Part shown: positions 35,091 to 43,103 of the stretch, piece by piece
Numbering within the stretch: position 1 is the first letter of the stretch
Layout: each line of letters starts with the position of its first letter
NCBI GenBank assembly: GCA_017617355.1
Contig: JAFZWI010000002.1
Location: 19,640 to 83,639 of the forward strand
Length of the DNA stretch: 64,000 nucleotides
Reading direction: 5' to 3'
Source: Salinivirgaceae bacterium
GTDB lineage: Bacteria > Bacteroidota > Bacteroidia > Bacteroidales > SZUA-534
Program-made: the position numbers and the translations under genes
The notes under the pieces: generated by a model
The model's input: only the letters and a program-made list of their open reading frames with translations
What the model was told of the DNA's origin: nothing
Databases searched by the model: none

Positions 35091-35094
35091 ATCT

Positions 35095-35206
35095 AAAGTG
35101 GCGCGGCTTCTTTTGTCAGTTAAAACGTTAATTGCGAATTGCTTTCTCGTTTTAAAAAGTTAATTAAAAATCATATTTCAAACCTTCACACGCCGCGCCA
35201 CTTTTT
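35095..35206 (+). promoter_or_regulatory. nested inverted repeat (structured RNA / terminator-like element) before the early operon
   Basis: Perfect 13-bp outer stem AAAGTGGCGCGGC (35095..35107) / GCCGCGCCACTTT (35192..35204), then TT. The inner stem is TTAAAACG (35120..35127) / CGTTTTAA (35148..35155). Confidence 0.5.
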
Positions 35207-35220
35207 AATCGCTTACAGCT

Positions 35221-35457
35221 ATGATTAAAGCTTACCAAACACACGCAATTTTTCCAACACGCGAACCCGACGCGATATTCGTTGGCGCGGCTATGGGTAA
35301 CTCATCAAAGAATGAAATCGGCTGCGGCGGTTTAATACTCGACAAGGCTACCTATCAATCTTTAAGGGAAAAGCTGGATAGTGCGTTTAACGCCTATATG
35401 GACGCTTTAGACCAAATTCTAAAAACACATAACACAACCACAAAAGAATCAATTTAA
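35221..35457 (+). CDS. hypothetical early protein
   Basis: 78-aa ORF, first in the plus-strand early array. Confidence 0.55.
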   Translation: MIKAYQTHAIFPTREPDAIFVGAAMGNSSKNEIGCGGLILDKATYQSLREKLDSAFNAYMDALDQILKTHNTTTKESI

Positions 35458-35469
35458 AACATTACAACT

Positions 35470-35916
35470 ATGGAAAGCGCAAAAGAATTACAAGACAAAA
35501 TTATGCAACTGATTGACGCAGGACAGCGGTTGCGCAAAGTTGTTGCGAACAATGACAAATATGTTTACAAGGCTTTCGGTCAGCTTCAAGGCAAGTGTTT
35601 TGTTTGCAAAACACACGGAGATATAATTGTGGCAAAAGTCTTAAAAATACACACCAATCACACATTTACCGGCTCGGAGGTTATTATCGGAATAGATGAA
35701 TCCGATAACGAAATGCCTTTTTTGCGCCTTTGGTACAATACACGCAACTACTTACACCCAAGCGATATTAAGGCACTGACTGTAATCAGTGAAGATGATT
35801 TTACGCGCGTTTATACCGCTGCGGCGAGGCTGCAAGACGATTTTACAAAACAAATGGACGAACTAAAGGCTATTGTCGGTTGTGTTACTGGCGAGATTAA
35901 CCCCGATAAAAAATAA
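35470..35916 (+). CDS. hypothetical early protein
   Basis: 148-aa ORF with the ACAACTATG start context. Confidence 0.6.
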   Translation: MESAKELQDKIMQLIDAGQRLRKVVANNDKYVYKAFGQLQGKCFVCKTHGDIIVAKVLKIHTNHTFTGSEVIIGIDESDNEMPFLRLWYNTRNYLHPSDIKALTVISEDDFTRVYTAAARLQDDFTKQMDELKAIVGCVTGEINPDKK

Positions 35917-35921
35917 AAACT

Positions 35922-36110
35922 ATGGCACAAATAATAGTAGTCAGCGACGCGCAAAAGGAAATACTGGAAAAGGTATGTACCGCGCTATTGAATGAGCCTA
36001 TGCAGCAAGGGGAACGCAAGGTTATCAATTTTGATATGCGCCCCTACACTATTTCTCAATTAAGGGGACTTGTAAAGCAAGTGTTTAACTCAATGGATAT
36101 ACCACGATGA
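35922..36110 (+). CDS. hypothetical early protein
   Basis: 62-aa ORF with the AAAACTATG start context. Its stop overlaps the next start. Confidence 0.5.
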   Translation: MAQIIVVSDAQKEILEKVCTALLNEPMQQGERKVINFDMRPYTISQLRGLVKQVFNSMDIPR

Positions 36111-36391
36111 AAGATTTAACAAACGCGCCAAGTATCAACCAAGAGGCAACACCGGCGGTAGCTGTCGAGGCGTACCACTGGTATATGTACCACGAATGGA
36201 CGTTGCACGAATGTCGCTACCTATTCGGACGCGACGCTGAACACCTTTTCGCGCTCTACGAAAAATATGTTGAACAAAGCCGCACAACACAATGGGGCGC
36301 GGACGATTTATTCTTCACTATCCTCAAAGACGATGAAAAGGATTGTCTTGTGAAGCAGGCTATCACTTGCTGGCTGCAACGGAAAAAGTAA
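36107..36391 (+). CDS. hypothetical early protein
   Basis: 94-aa ORF with an ATGA overlap to the upstream gene. Confidence 0.55.
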   Translation: MKDLTNAPSINQEATPAVAVEAYHWYMYHEWTLHECRYLFGRDAEHLFALYEKYVEQSRTTQWGADDLFFTILKDDEKDCLVKQAITCWLQRKK

Positions 36392-36410
36392 CGTTTTAAC
36401 ATTTGAAGGT

Positions 36411-36788
36411 ATGCGAAACAACATAACATTCAACGATGTGCCGTCGGTTTTGGGCGAAATGCAGACCGAAATGAGAGATTTGAAATATCTTATGAAACAA
36501 GTATTGCAGAATCAAGAAAACGGGCGCACGTTCAACGACGATACGCTTGTTTTCGGAATCTTTCGTCGCAAGGAGCTTATTAGAATGAACGACAAACGGC
36601 TCTACTCCGAACCAACATCACCTTTTAAAAACTACAAGCAGGTTTTCAACGCAAAGGAGCGCGGCTGTCCGTTTACTCGCCCGGCTGGTATGCGGAGCTG
36701 GTTTATTAAGGCAACCGACCTTGAAAAGTGGTTTTCGGAATGGGGCAAAACCGAAATCCCGAAAGAACCAATAAACATAAATCTATGA
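36411..36788 (+). CDS. hypothetical protein, paralogue of the next gene (possible DNA-binding/excisionase-like)
   Basis: 125 aa. LVFGIF...DKRLYSE...FKNYKQVFNAKERGCPFTRPAGMRSWFIKATDLEKW aligns with LILGVF...DPRLLTE...FKNHRAVLTAAHNKSYGFFRANGVRCLMIMPEDLERAL. Confidence 0.55.
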   Translation: MRNNITFNDVPSVLGEMQTEMRDLKYLMKQVLQNQENGRTFNDDTLVFGIFRRKELIRMNDKRLYSEPTSPFKNYKQVFNAKERGCPFTRPAGMRSWFIKATDLEKWFSEWGKTEIPKEPININL

Positions 36789-37042
36789 ATACCGAAACAA
36801 CAACCAATAGCGAACTGATTTTGGGCGTTTTCACGCCTAACAGTCCTATCCTATCAACTGACCCTCGGTTGCTGACCGAAAACGGCGGCTGGTTTAAGAA
36901 TCATCGTGCAGTGCTTACCGCCGCGCATAATAAGAGTTACGGCTTTTTTCGCGCCAATGGAGTGCGCTGCTTGATGATTATGCCCGAAGATTTGGAAAGG
37001 GCGCTGGTAGGCAATAAAGCAAAGTTTGAACCTTTAAGATAA
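36785..37042 (+). CDS. hypothetical protein, paralogue of 36411..36788
   Basis: Start at MNTETTTN (ATGA overlap with the upstream stop); 85 aa. Confidence 0.55.
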   Translation: MNTETTTNSELILGVFTPNSPILSTDPRLLTENGGWFKNHRAVLTAAHNKSYGFFRANGVRCLMIMPEDLERALVGNKAKFEPLR

Positions 37043-37049
37043 TTTGATT

Positions 37050-37538
37050 ATGAGAAACAAGATGAACGAATCGGACTGCCTTTGTCCGCGCTGCGGCGAG
37101 AGTTGGCACGGAATGACGCTTTATAGTATCTTCTTTAAAACAAACAAAAAGGCTTACCCAAACAAAACCAACGCTGAAATTAACAAGTTTGTCGAACAAC
37201 AGCTCAAAGAGAACGGTAAGACTGGCCAAGAACACGTTACGGCCTTGATTGGTGTTGGCGGTATATGGTGCTGTCCTAAATGCGGCCTTTCGGTAGCCGA
37301 AAAAGACGTTTTCCGACTGGTTGACAACAAGGAACACCGCGTACTATCATATTGGATTGGGGTGCAGATTAGGCTAAAAGCCTATTTCCGGCTGAAACAC
37401 CACGCAAACGAGTGGTTGGTGCGCCGTTATATGGTGCTGAACCAAAATCCCAACAAACACCTATGCGGCCTGCGCAAATGGGTGCTTTTCTCTTTCATTT
37501 ACTTGTTAGATAAAAATGTACGTACCCCTAAAGCCTAA
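37050..37538 (+). CDS. zinc-ribbon protein
   Basis: CLCPRCGESW ... WCCPKCGLS is a CxxC...CxxC pair. The extent of the C-terminal part is uncertain. Confidence 0.5.
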   Translation: MRNKMNESDCLCPRCGESWHGMTLYSIFFKTNKKAYPNKTNAEINKFVEQQLKENGKTGQEHVTALIGVGGIWCCPKCGLSVAEKDVFRLVDNKEHRVLSYWIGVQIRLKAYFRLKHHANEWLVRRYMVLNQNPNKHLCGLRKWVLFSFIYLLDKNVRTPKA

Positions 37539-37542
37539 CACT

Positions 37543-37761
37543 ATGACAACTGCGGAATATATATCAAAGCCAATGGCTATTTATAAAAATGAGCTTGCAA
37601 GAATGTTGGGCTATTCGCGTTGGCGTAACATACAGCAGATTATATCGCGCCACCCCGAACTGGCTGACAAGCTAAAAGAAAACGACTACAACAAAGTAGC
37701 AAAATTTCTCACACCGGCGCAAGGCTTGATAATCGCCACCTATTTATACACGGCACAATAA
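37543..37761 (+). CDS. small HTH-like protein
   Basis: Start at MTTAEYISK with the AACACTATG context. ELARMLGYSRWRNIQQIISRH is HTH-like. Confidence 0.5.
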   Translation: MTTAEYISKPMAIYKNELARMLGYSRWRNIQQIISRHPELADKLKENDYNKVAKFLTPAQGLIIATYLYTAQ

Positions 37762-37772
37762 ATTCTACCCCT

Positions 37773-38105
37773 ATGTATTTCGACAACTGCACAACGATTG
37801 AAGAATTAAAGAGCGTCCGCAATGAATTGCTGCGTCAGTACCACCCCGACGCAAACGGCAATGTTGACAACGACGAGATACGCGAAATCAATGCCGAGTA
37901 CACGAAGCGAAGCGCTGAATTTGCCCTGCAAGAAGAAGCAGAGCAAAACACCGATGCTGTTGCGATGTTTCTAAAGGGGGCTGTGGTTGCTGGTGTTGAA
38001 GCACTTTACAAAAAACAGCCAAAAGTGGTTAAGACTATCAACGATGTGTTGAGCAAAAGCGTTGGCGAGAATATTGCCGATTTAATCAACAATTTCAAAA
38101 AATAG
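37773..38105 (+). CDS. J-domain protein (DnaJ-like co-chaperone fragment)
   Basis: TIEELKSVRNELLRQYHPDANGN carries the HPD tripeptide in J-domain helix II/III context; 110 aa. Confidence 0.7.
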   Translation: MYFDNCTTIEELKSVRNELLRQYHPDANGNVDNDEIREINAEYTKRSAEFALQEEAEQNTDAVAMFLKGAVVAGVEALYKKQPKVVKTINDVLSKSVGENIADLINNFKK

Positions 38106-38108
38106 ACT

Positions 38109-38255
38109 ATGAAAACAAAACGAATCCATAACCGCCAATGGCTTAAACCGCTTCGCCGGTTGATTAAAATGCAGCTGCTTGCCACAATCATTTTGGGTAT
38201 GCTGACAGTGGCGGCGTGGATAACCTTTTTTCTCTTGGTTTTTAAACACTTTTAA
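38109..38255 (+). CDS. small (48 aa) membrane ORF
   Basis: Hand-translated: MKTKRIHNRQWLKPLRRLIKMQLLATIILGMLTVAAWITFFLLVFKHF. Confidence 0.4.
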   Translation: MKTKRIHNRQWLKPLRRLIKMQLLATIILGMLTVAAWITFFLLVFKHF

Positions 38256-38266
38256 AACATAACACT

Positions 38267-38521
38267 ATGAGAGTTAATAAGCTAACAAAATCACAAAGCG
38301 ACAAAGGCAAAGATGTTCGCGAGTGGCTAATCAAAGGCAAGCCGCTGACACAATTAGAGGCTTCGCAAAAATTCGATGTCCTGCACCTTGCTGGCGTAAT
38401 AAGCAAAATGCGCAAGAAAGGCTACGGCTTCAAAGTAGATAAGGTTGTGAAGCCCGACGGCTACACTTACGCACGTTACCAAGTTATCAGTTTACCAACC
38501 GACAAAACAAACAAGCTATGA
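38267..38521 (+). CDS. winged-helix/HTH_39-like DNA-binding protein (tandem paralogue 1)
   Basis: VREWLIKGKPLTQLEASQKFDVLHLAGVISKMRKKGYGFKV aligns with the next ORF. Confidence 0.55.
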   Translation: MRVNKLTKSQSDKGKDVREWLIKGKPLTQLEASQKFDVLHLAGVISKMRKKGYGFKVDKVVKPDGYTYARYQVISLPTDKTNKL

Positions 38522-38733
38522 GAACAATAGAATCAAAAAGCGCGGCTATCCGCAAGTGGTTAATGAAAGGTTTGCCACTGACGCAAAGGGAATGTACCCG
38601 ACTATTCAAGTTTATGAGGCTGGCTTCTCTTATCCACGATATGAAACGCCACGGCGCAAATATCAAAGTGGATATGGTAAGAGAGCAGTACGGCAGCAGA
38701 CCTTGTGCAAGATATTGGCTGATTACAGCCTAA
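38518..38733 (+). CDS. winged-helix/HTH_39-like DNA-binding protein (tandem paralogue 2)
   Basis: IRKWLMKGLPLTQRECTRLFKFMRLASLIHDMKRHGANIKV; ATGA overlap with paralogue 1. Confidence 0.55.
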   Translation: MRTIESKSAAIRKWLMKGLPLTQRECTRLFKFMRLASLIHDMKRHGANIKVDMVREQYGSRPCARYWLITA

Positions 38734-38753
38734 ACGATTAAAACAAAGATGTT

Positions 38754-39737
38754 ATGACACGCGACAGCTTCATATTCTATGCGAGTTTTTACGAGGGAAT
38801 GAAATACCTCGATGATACTAACTACATTGCATTGAGCAAGGCGGTTATCGAGTACGCTTTATATGGTATCGAGCCTAAATTAAGCGGTATTGCAAGCGGT
38901 TTTTATCAGTTGATTAAGCCACAAATCGACGCAAACAATAAAAAGTACGCAAACGGCCTAAAGGGTGCGGAGTATGGTAAAATGGGGGGCAGACCAAGAA
39001 AGGGAAACCCCGAAAAAACCCCAAGCACGGATTTTGAAAAACCCCAAGAAAACCCCAAAAAAACCCCAAGCACGGATTTTGAAAAACCCCAAGAAAACCC
39101 CAAAGAAACCCCTAACGGTTTTTTAAATATGGATTTTGAAAAACCCCAAGAAAACCCCAAAGAAACCCCTAACGGTTTTTTAAATATGGATTTTGAAAAC
39201 CCCGAAAAAACCCCCAATGAAAATGTAAATGAAAATGTAAATGAAAATGTAAATGAAAATGTAAATGAAAATGTAAATGAAAATGTAAATGAAAATGAAT
39301 TAGAGTGCGAAAAAACAAATTTTGCCGTCGCTGACGCGACTACTACATCGGAAAATGATTTTTTAAAACCTATTGAAAAACCGGCTTCGCCGGAAGAAAA
39401 AGAAAAAGGTTGCGCGGAAAAAGAAAAAAAGCCGACAAAGACCGTTGGGGAGCGTTCAATCGAGTTTTGGGAACAACTGCAAGCCTACAAAGGCAAGTAT
39501 AGCTGCGAAATGCTGCAAGCCTTCTACAACTACTGGAGCGAACACAACGAGGGCGGCAAGAAAATGCGCTGGGAAATGCAGAAAACGTGGAATTTGTCGG
39601 GACGCTTGGCAACGTGGCAAAAAAGAGGCGAGGAATTTGCGGCCAGCCGCCGTCCGGCCTACACACAACCAACAGCGCCGTCGAACATTAACACACCCGA
39701 CTACTATCCGCAACAAGATGATTCCGACCAATTCTAA
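38754..39737 (+). CDS. replication organiser/initiator-like protein with an internal iteron region
   Basis: The N-terminus DSFIFYASFYEGMKYLDDTNYIALSKAVIEYALYG resembles the phage replisome-organiser N-domain. The C-terminus is FWEQLQAYKGKY...YNYWSE...MRWEMQKTWNLSGRLATWQKR. The central third is pure tandem repeat. Confidence 0.6.
   Translation: MTRDSFIFYASFYEGMKYLDDTNYIALSKAVIEYALYGIEPKLSGIASGFYQLIKPQIDANNKKYANGLKGAEYGKMGGRPRKGNPEKTPSTDFEKPQENPKKTPSTDFEKPQENPKETPNGFLNMDFEKPQENPKETPNGFLNMDFENPEKTPNENVNENVNENVNENVNENVNENVNENELECEKTNFAVADATTTSENDFLKPIEKPASPEEKEKGCAEKEKKPTKTVGERSIEFWEQLQAYKGKYSCEMLQAFYNYWSEHNEGGKKMRWEMQKTWNLSGRLATWQKRGEEFAASRRPAYTQPTAPSNINTPDYYPQQDDSDQF
39005..39297. repeat. iteron-like tandem repeats inside the replication gene (candidate ori)
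   Basis: Two units of about 45 bp (AAAACCCCAAGCACGGATTTTGAAAAACCCCAAGAAAACCCCAAA) and two of about 57 bp (...CCCCTAACGGTTTTTTAAATATGGATTTTGAAAAACCCCAAG...). Then (AATGAAAATGTA)x7 at 39215..39297. Confidence 0.9.
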
Positions 39738-39756
39738 CACTAAAAACATAAAGGCT

Positions 39757-40005
39757 ATGACCACACAAAACACACAACTGCAAATTTTCGATACTGACGA
39801 TTTTATCTACGAGCGTATCCGTCAGCAGATGTTGAATAAAACGTGCCGCACCTGCGCACACCGCTACCAAAACCCCGAAACGCTGAAGCGCAGCTATGTA
39901 TGCGACGCTATTGCCAATGGCCGCACCACAACCGGCTGCTTGAAAGTACGCAACGAACAACCGGCTTGTATTCGATACACTGCAAAACAACCTAAAAATC
40001 AATAA
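39757..40005 (+). CDS. small Cys-rich protein (family with 46110 and 46344)
   Basis: 82 aa with NKTCRTCAHRY...VCDAI...GCLKV...PACIRYTAKQPKNQ. It is the 3' part of track ORF 39373..40005. Confidence 0.6.
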   Translation: MTTQNTQLQIFDTDDFIYERIRQQMLNKTCRTCAHRYQNPETLKRSYVCDAIANGRTTTGCLKVRNEQPACIRYTAKQPKNQ

Positions 40006-40008
40006 ACT

Positions 40009-40344
40009 ATGACAGCAGAACAAGTGATAGCGAAAACCGAGCAAGTGATAGTCAAGGTAAAGCAGATTCTTGATTTGGAGAACCTTGCCAGCGTTAATAA
40101 TCGTTACTATGTGGATAGCGACCACACGCAATGTGTATCGAACTACGTGGCCGAAATTTTCCGCAACGCGCTCAAAGCCGAAGCCGACCGGCTGCGTAAG
40201 GAGTTTGCGGACGAAGCCCTCGCCGGAATGAAAGAGCGCCACGCCGATTGCTGCGCCGCTTGCAGCCGTTGGAACATACCCGAATATTGCGCTCATTGCC
40301 GCGCTTGCACCGACAGCGAGCATTGCCTATTTAGCAAAGAATAA
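40009..40344 (+). CDS. hypothetical protein with a Cys-rich C-terminus
   Basis: 111 aa with HADCCAACSRWNIPEYCAHCRACTDSEHC. Confidence 0.55.
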   Translation: MTAEQVIAKTEQVIVKVKQILDLENLASVNNRYYVDSDHTQCVSNYVAEIFRNALKAEADRLRKEFADEALAGMKERHADCCAACSRWNIPEYCAHCRACTDSEHCLFSKE

Positions 40345-40363
40345 ACCTTTAAATCATTGAGAT

Positions 40364-40651
40364 ATGGAAACAAACAAAAACTTTGGAGAGGCTTTAGAAG
40401 CCTTGAAAGCAGGGAAAAGAGTATGCCGTAATGGTTGGAACGGAAAAGGAATGTTCCTTTGGCTAAAGTACCCAACAACCGTCAAATCGGAGTGGTGCAA
40501 AGATATTACGCTGAAGCTCATTGCCGAGGGAAACGGCGGCGAGGTTATGGCGTTGGGAACAATTTGTATGAAAACCGCCGACAATAAAGTGCTGACCGGC
40601 TGGCTGGCCTCACAAACCGATATGTTGTCTAACGACTGGATAATTCTTTGA
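40364..40651 (+). CDS. DUF2829-family protein (Tad2-like anti-Thoeris sponge candidate)
   Basis: NFGEALEALKAGKRVCRNGWNGKGMFLWL matches the DUF2829 N-terminal signature (FgeAl.alk.Gkkv.R.gWngkg); 95 aa. Confidence 0.7.
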   Translation: METNKNFGEALEALKAGKRVCRNGWNGKGMFLWLKYPTTVKSEWCKDITLKLIAEGNGGEVMALGTICMKTADNKVLTGWLASQTDMLSNDWIIL

Positions 40652-40653
40652 TT

Positions 40654-40965
40654 ATGTTCAACCGATTAAGAAACTGGCTAAACAGCCGCAAGAATCAAGG
40701 CAACAATCAATCAGCCGTTGTCCGCACCGACGCGCAAGGCCGCGTTACCGCCGTTAGGATAACTCAAGAGCAAGCTGACGCTATTGAGGCTTTGATGAAC
40801 CCCGACGGAATATATTTCGTGGTTGTGAAAAGCCGAGGCCAAATACTTACGCTGACACACAATATGGACTACCGAACTATTTTGAACGAATTGTACTCAA
40901 TCGCCAGCGAGGACAAGATGTTTAAAGATGAGTTGACCAATATGATAATCGACCTTAACCGATAA
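40654..40965 (+). CDS. hypothetical early protein
   Basis: ATG at 40654 within track ORF 40648..40965. Confidence 0.55.
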   Translation: MFNRLRNWLNSRKNQGNNQSAVVRTDAQGRVTAVRITQEQADAIEALMNPDGIYFVVVKSRGQILTLTHNMDYRTILNELYSIASEDKMFKDELTNMIIDLNR

Positions 40966-40969
40966 CACT

Positions 40970-41440
40970 ATGGACACCAAGCAGAAACACGCTGCCGCAA
41001 TGCGTAAGGCGAGAGCCGCAAAGCTGGCCAAACAAGCCGAGCGAGAGGCTGAAAAAGCACAAAAAAAAGCCTACATCGATAACTTGAAAGCTATTGTTAA
41101 AGCCGAGCGAGAAATCGCCGCCCAAGCCGAGCGAGAAAAGCGTAAGGCCGAGCGCGAAGCTGAAAAAGCCGCCCGTGCGTTAGAGGCCGCAAAGGAAGCA
41201 GCCAAGCGCAACGAGCCGACGCTACTGGAACGCTGGCAACAAGAGTGCGACGCGATTCTTGACGAACTGCAAGGTTGTCCGAAAAATGCCGACAAACTTA
41301 TGCGCCGTTACAGCGAGTTACAATATCGGATTGAAACCGAGCAGAATATGCAGGACAGCCACGCCGCAGTTGAACGCAGCCGAGCCAGCCGCGAGGTGCA
41401 AGTCGTTCACAACCGACCAAGCGGATTGTTAAGTAAATAA
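40970..41440 (+). CDS. K/A/E-rich coiled-coil protein
   Basis: 156 aa with repeated AEREAEKA / AEREKRKAEREAEKAA. Confidence 0.55.
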   Translation: MDTKQKHAAAMRKARAAKLAKQAEREAEKAQKKAYIDNLKAIVKAEREIAAQAEREKRKAEREAEKAARALEAAKEAAKRNEPTLLERWQQECDAILDELQGCPKNADKLMRRYSELQYRIETEQNMQDSHAAVERSRASREVQVVHNRPSGLLSK

Positions 41441-41457
41441 CTAAAACACACAAGATT

Positions 41458-41553
41458 ATGGAAGAAAATTTATTGTTCGTGGTTTCGGTTTTAGCCGTGT
41501 TGTGGGGAATGATTGGAATAGCAATATTAGACATTCTTGATAAAAAAAAATAA
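41458..41553 (+). CDS. small (31 aa) membrane ORF
   Basis: Hand-translated: MEENLLFVVSVLAVLWGMIGIAILDILDKKK. Confidence 0.35.
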   Translation: MEENLLFVVSVLAVLWGMIGIAILDILDKKK

Positions 41554-41585
41554 ATAACACATAACACATTAACACACACTTGACA

Positions 41586-42392
41586 ATGGAAAAGAAAGTT
41601 ATCATTGAACCGACAGCCTTCCAACAAACAGCTGTCAACACCAAGCCTGCCGCAACCAAGCAAAAGGCAGAAACAACATTCAGTATCGGGCAGATTATGG
41701 AGCGCGAACCGTCGGCCACGCGGAACGCACCAGCGCCAGTCAAGGCAAGTATTCGCAGAAAATTACTGGAAATAGGCTACGACGAGCCACACCTTTACGA
41801 CGCACTCTTAATCAAATACCGCAACATTATGGCGGAGCGATGGGGCGACACATTCACCATAAGCGCGAATGTGAGCCGGACAATCAATGTTGTGGCACGT
41901 TGGTTTACCAGCGAAGCGGCTATTAAGCCTAACTTGTATGTTGTCGGCGCAGTTGGCACTGGCAAGACAACACTTGCAAGGGCAATAGCAGGAACAATAG
42001 GCACAATCAGCGCGGCACAGTTGCAAACTCTGCGAATCAGCGGCTCTTACATTGCCGCCACACAGTTGCGCGAATACCACGCTGACGGACGGCTGGACGA
42101 GTTTAAATATCGCGACCTTATGGTGCTTGACGATATGGGCAGCGAGGAAATGGCAATAATCAAGGATTATGGCAACGACATCAACCTATTCGCCGACATC
42201 ATATTCACGCGCTACGACCGAGCCTTGCCCACAATCATAACCAGCAACTTGTCAATGCCCGACCTTGCCGCCCGATACGGCACAACCGAGGCTGGCCGCG
42301 ACCGCCTTGCCGACCGTCTGCGCGAAACGTGCTATCTGCTGGCGATGAATGAGGCTTTCCGCACCGAAAATGCAAAAGTAAAAATAGTATAA
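41586..42392 (+). CDS. DnaC/IstB-like AAA+ helicase loader
   Basis: Walker A VGAVGTGKTTLARAIAG, Walker B LMVLDDMGSE and sensor IITSNLS. Confidence 0.8.
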   Translation: MEKKVIIEPTAFQQTAVNTKPAATKQKAETTFSIGQIMEREPSATRNAPAPVKASIRRKLLEIGYDEPHLYDALLIKYRNIMAERWGDTFTISANVSRTINVVARWFTSEAAIKPNLYVVGAVGTGKTTLARAIAGTIGTISAAQLQTLRISGSYIAATQLREYHADGRLDEFKYRDLMVLDDMGSEEMAIIKDYGNDINLFADIIFTRYDRALPTIITSNLSMPDLAARYGTTEAGRDRLADRLRETCYLLAMNEAFRTENAKVKIV

Positions 42393-42411
42393 CACATTAA
42401 CACATAAGATT

Positions 42412-43053
42412 ATGAACACTATTATTGACACACTGAAATTATTTTCCGACCCCGACGCAATGCGTCCGTTTGAACGGAAGCCGTTTCTCTACAAGATGAA
42501 GAACGGCGCAATGGCCGCTGTCGCCACTGACGGCCACCGGCTCTGCCTATTCAACGCAAATCAAATGTTTGACGCTGAAAAACTTGAAGAAATTAGCGAG
42601 CCGAACATTGAGAATGTTCTTATTACTGGCAATTATGTTACCACGCTTTCGGCTGATAGGCTGCACAAGGCTATTGCACAAGTGCCAATCATAACAACCG
42701 AAAAGTGCTGCGACTGCTACGGCCTCGGCTATGTTGACTATGTTTTTGAGGCGCACGACGGCGAACATTATTGGGAAAAACACGAATGTCCCGTCTGCGG
42801 CGGTTCGGGTTATGTTGGCGTAGAGGACGGCGAGGAAGATTTTGATTACACCTACGGCGTAAGAATCAACGGCGGCATATTTCTACCCAAGCACTTGAAG
42901 CCGGTTGCTGACGCGCTTACGGCAATGCAGATACCCGAATTACTATTCAAACACGACCACCACCGCATACAGCTTGAAAGCGAGCAATTTGTTATGGTTG
43001 TTATGGAAAATATGCTTGAATTCCAATATGGAAAGAGTAAAAAACATTGTTGA
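42412..43053 (+). CDS. protein with a beta-clamp-like N-terminal segment and a DnaJ-type CxxCxGxG zinc finger
   Basis: AAVATDGHRLCLF resembles the DnaN signature ATDGHRL. CCDCYGLGYV and CPVCGGSGYV are two CxxCxGxG units. Confidence 0.45.
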   Translation: MNTIIDTLKLFSDPDAMRPFERKPFLYKMKNGAMAAVATDGHRLCLFNANQMFDAEKLEEISEPNIENVLITGNYVTTLSADRLHKAIAQVPIITTEKCCDCYGLGYVDYVFEAHDGEHYWEKHECPVCGGSGYVGVEDGEEDFDYTYGVRINGGIFLPKHLKPVADALTAMQIPELLFKHDHHRIQLESEQFVMVVMENMLEFQYGKSKKHC

Positions 43054-43103
43054 TACCGCTGATGAGATTGCCGACGAATACAAACACTATAAAAATTGAC
43101 ACT

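Noticed and set aside
32698-39297. The possibility that the short direct repeats (32698..32810, 39005..39297) are CRISPR arrays
   Set aside because: The repeats are 12-57 bp and directly abutting, with no unique spacers of regular length. One block is in frame inside a gene, and no cas genes are present.
39373-39756. 5' part of track ORF 39373..40005 (highly basic KKKKK/RR-rich) overlapping the replication-organiser gene in another frame; also 39688..40323 on the minus strand
   Set aside because: Only the 3' part from the ATG at 39757 lies outside the upstream gene and belongs to the Cys-rich paralogue family. The rest is an alternative-frame artefact of A-rich repeats.
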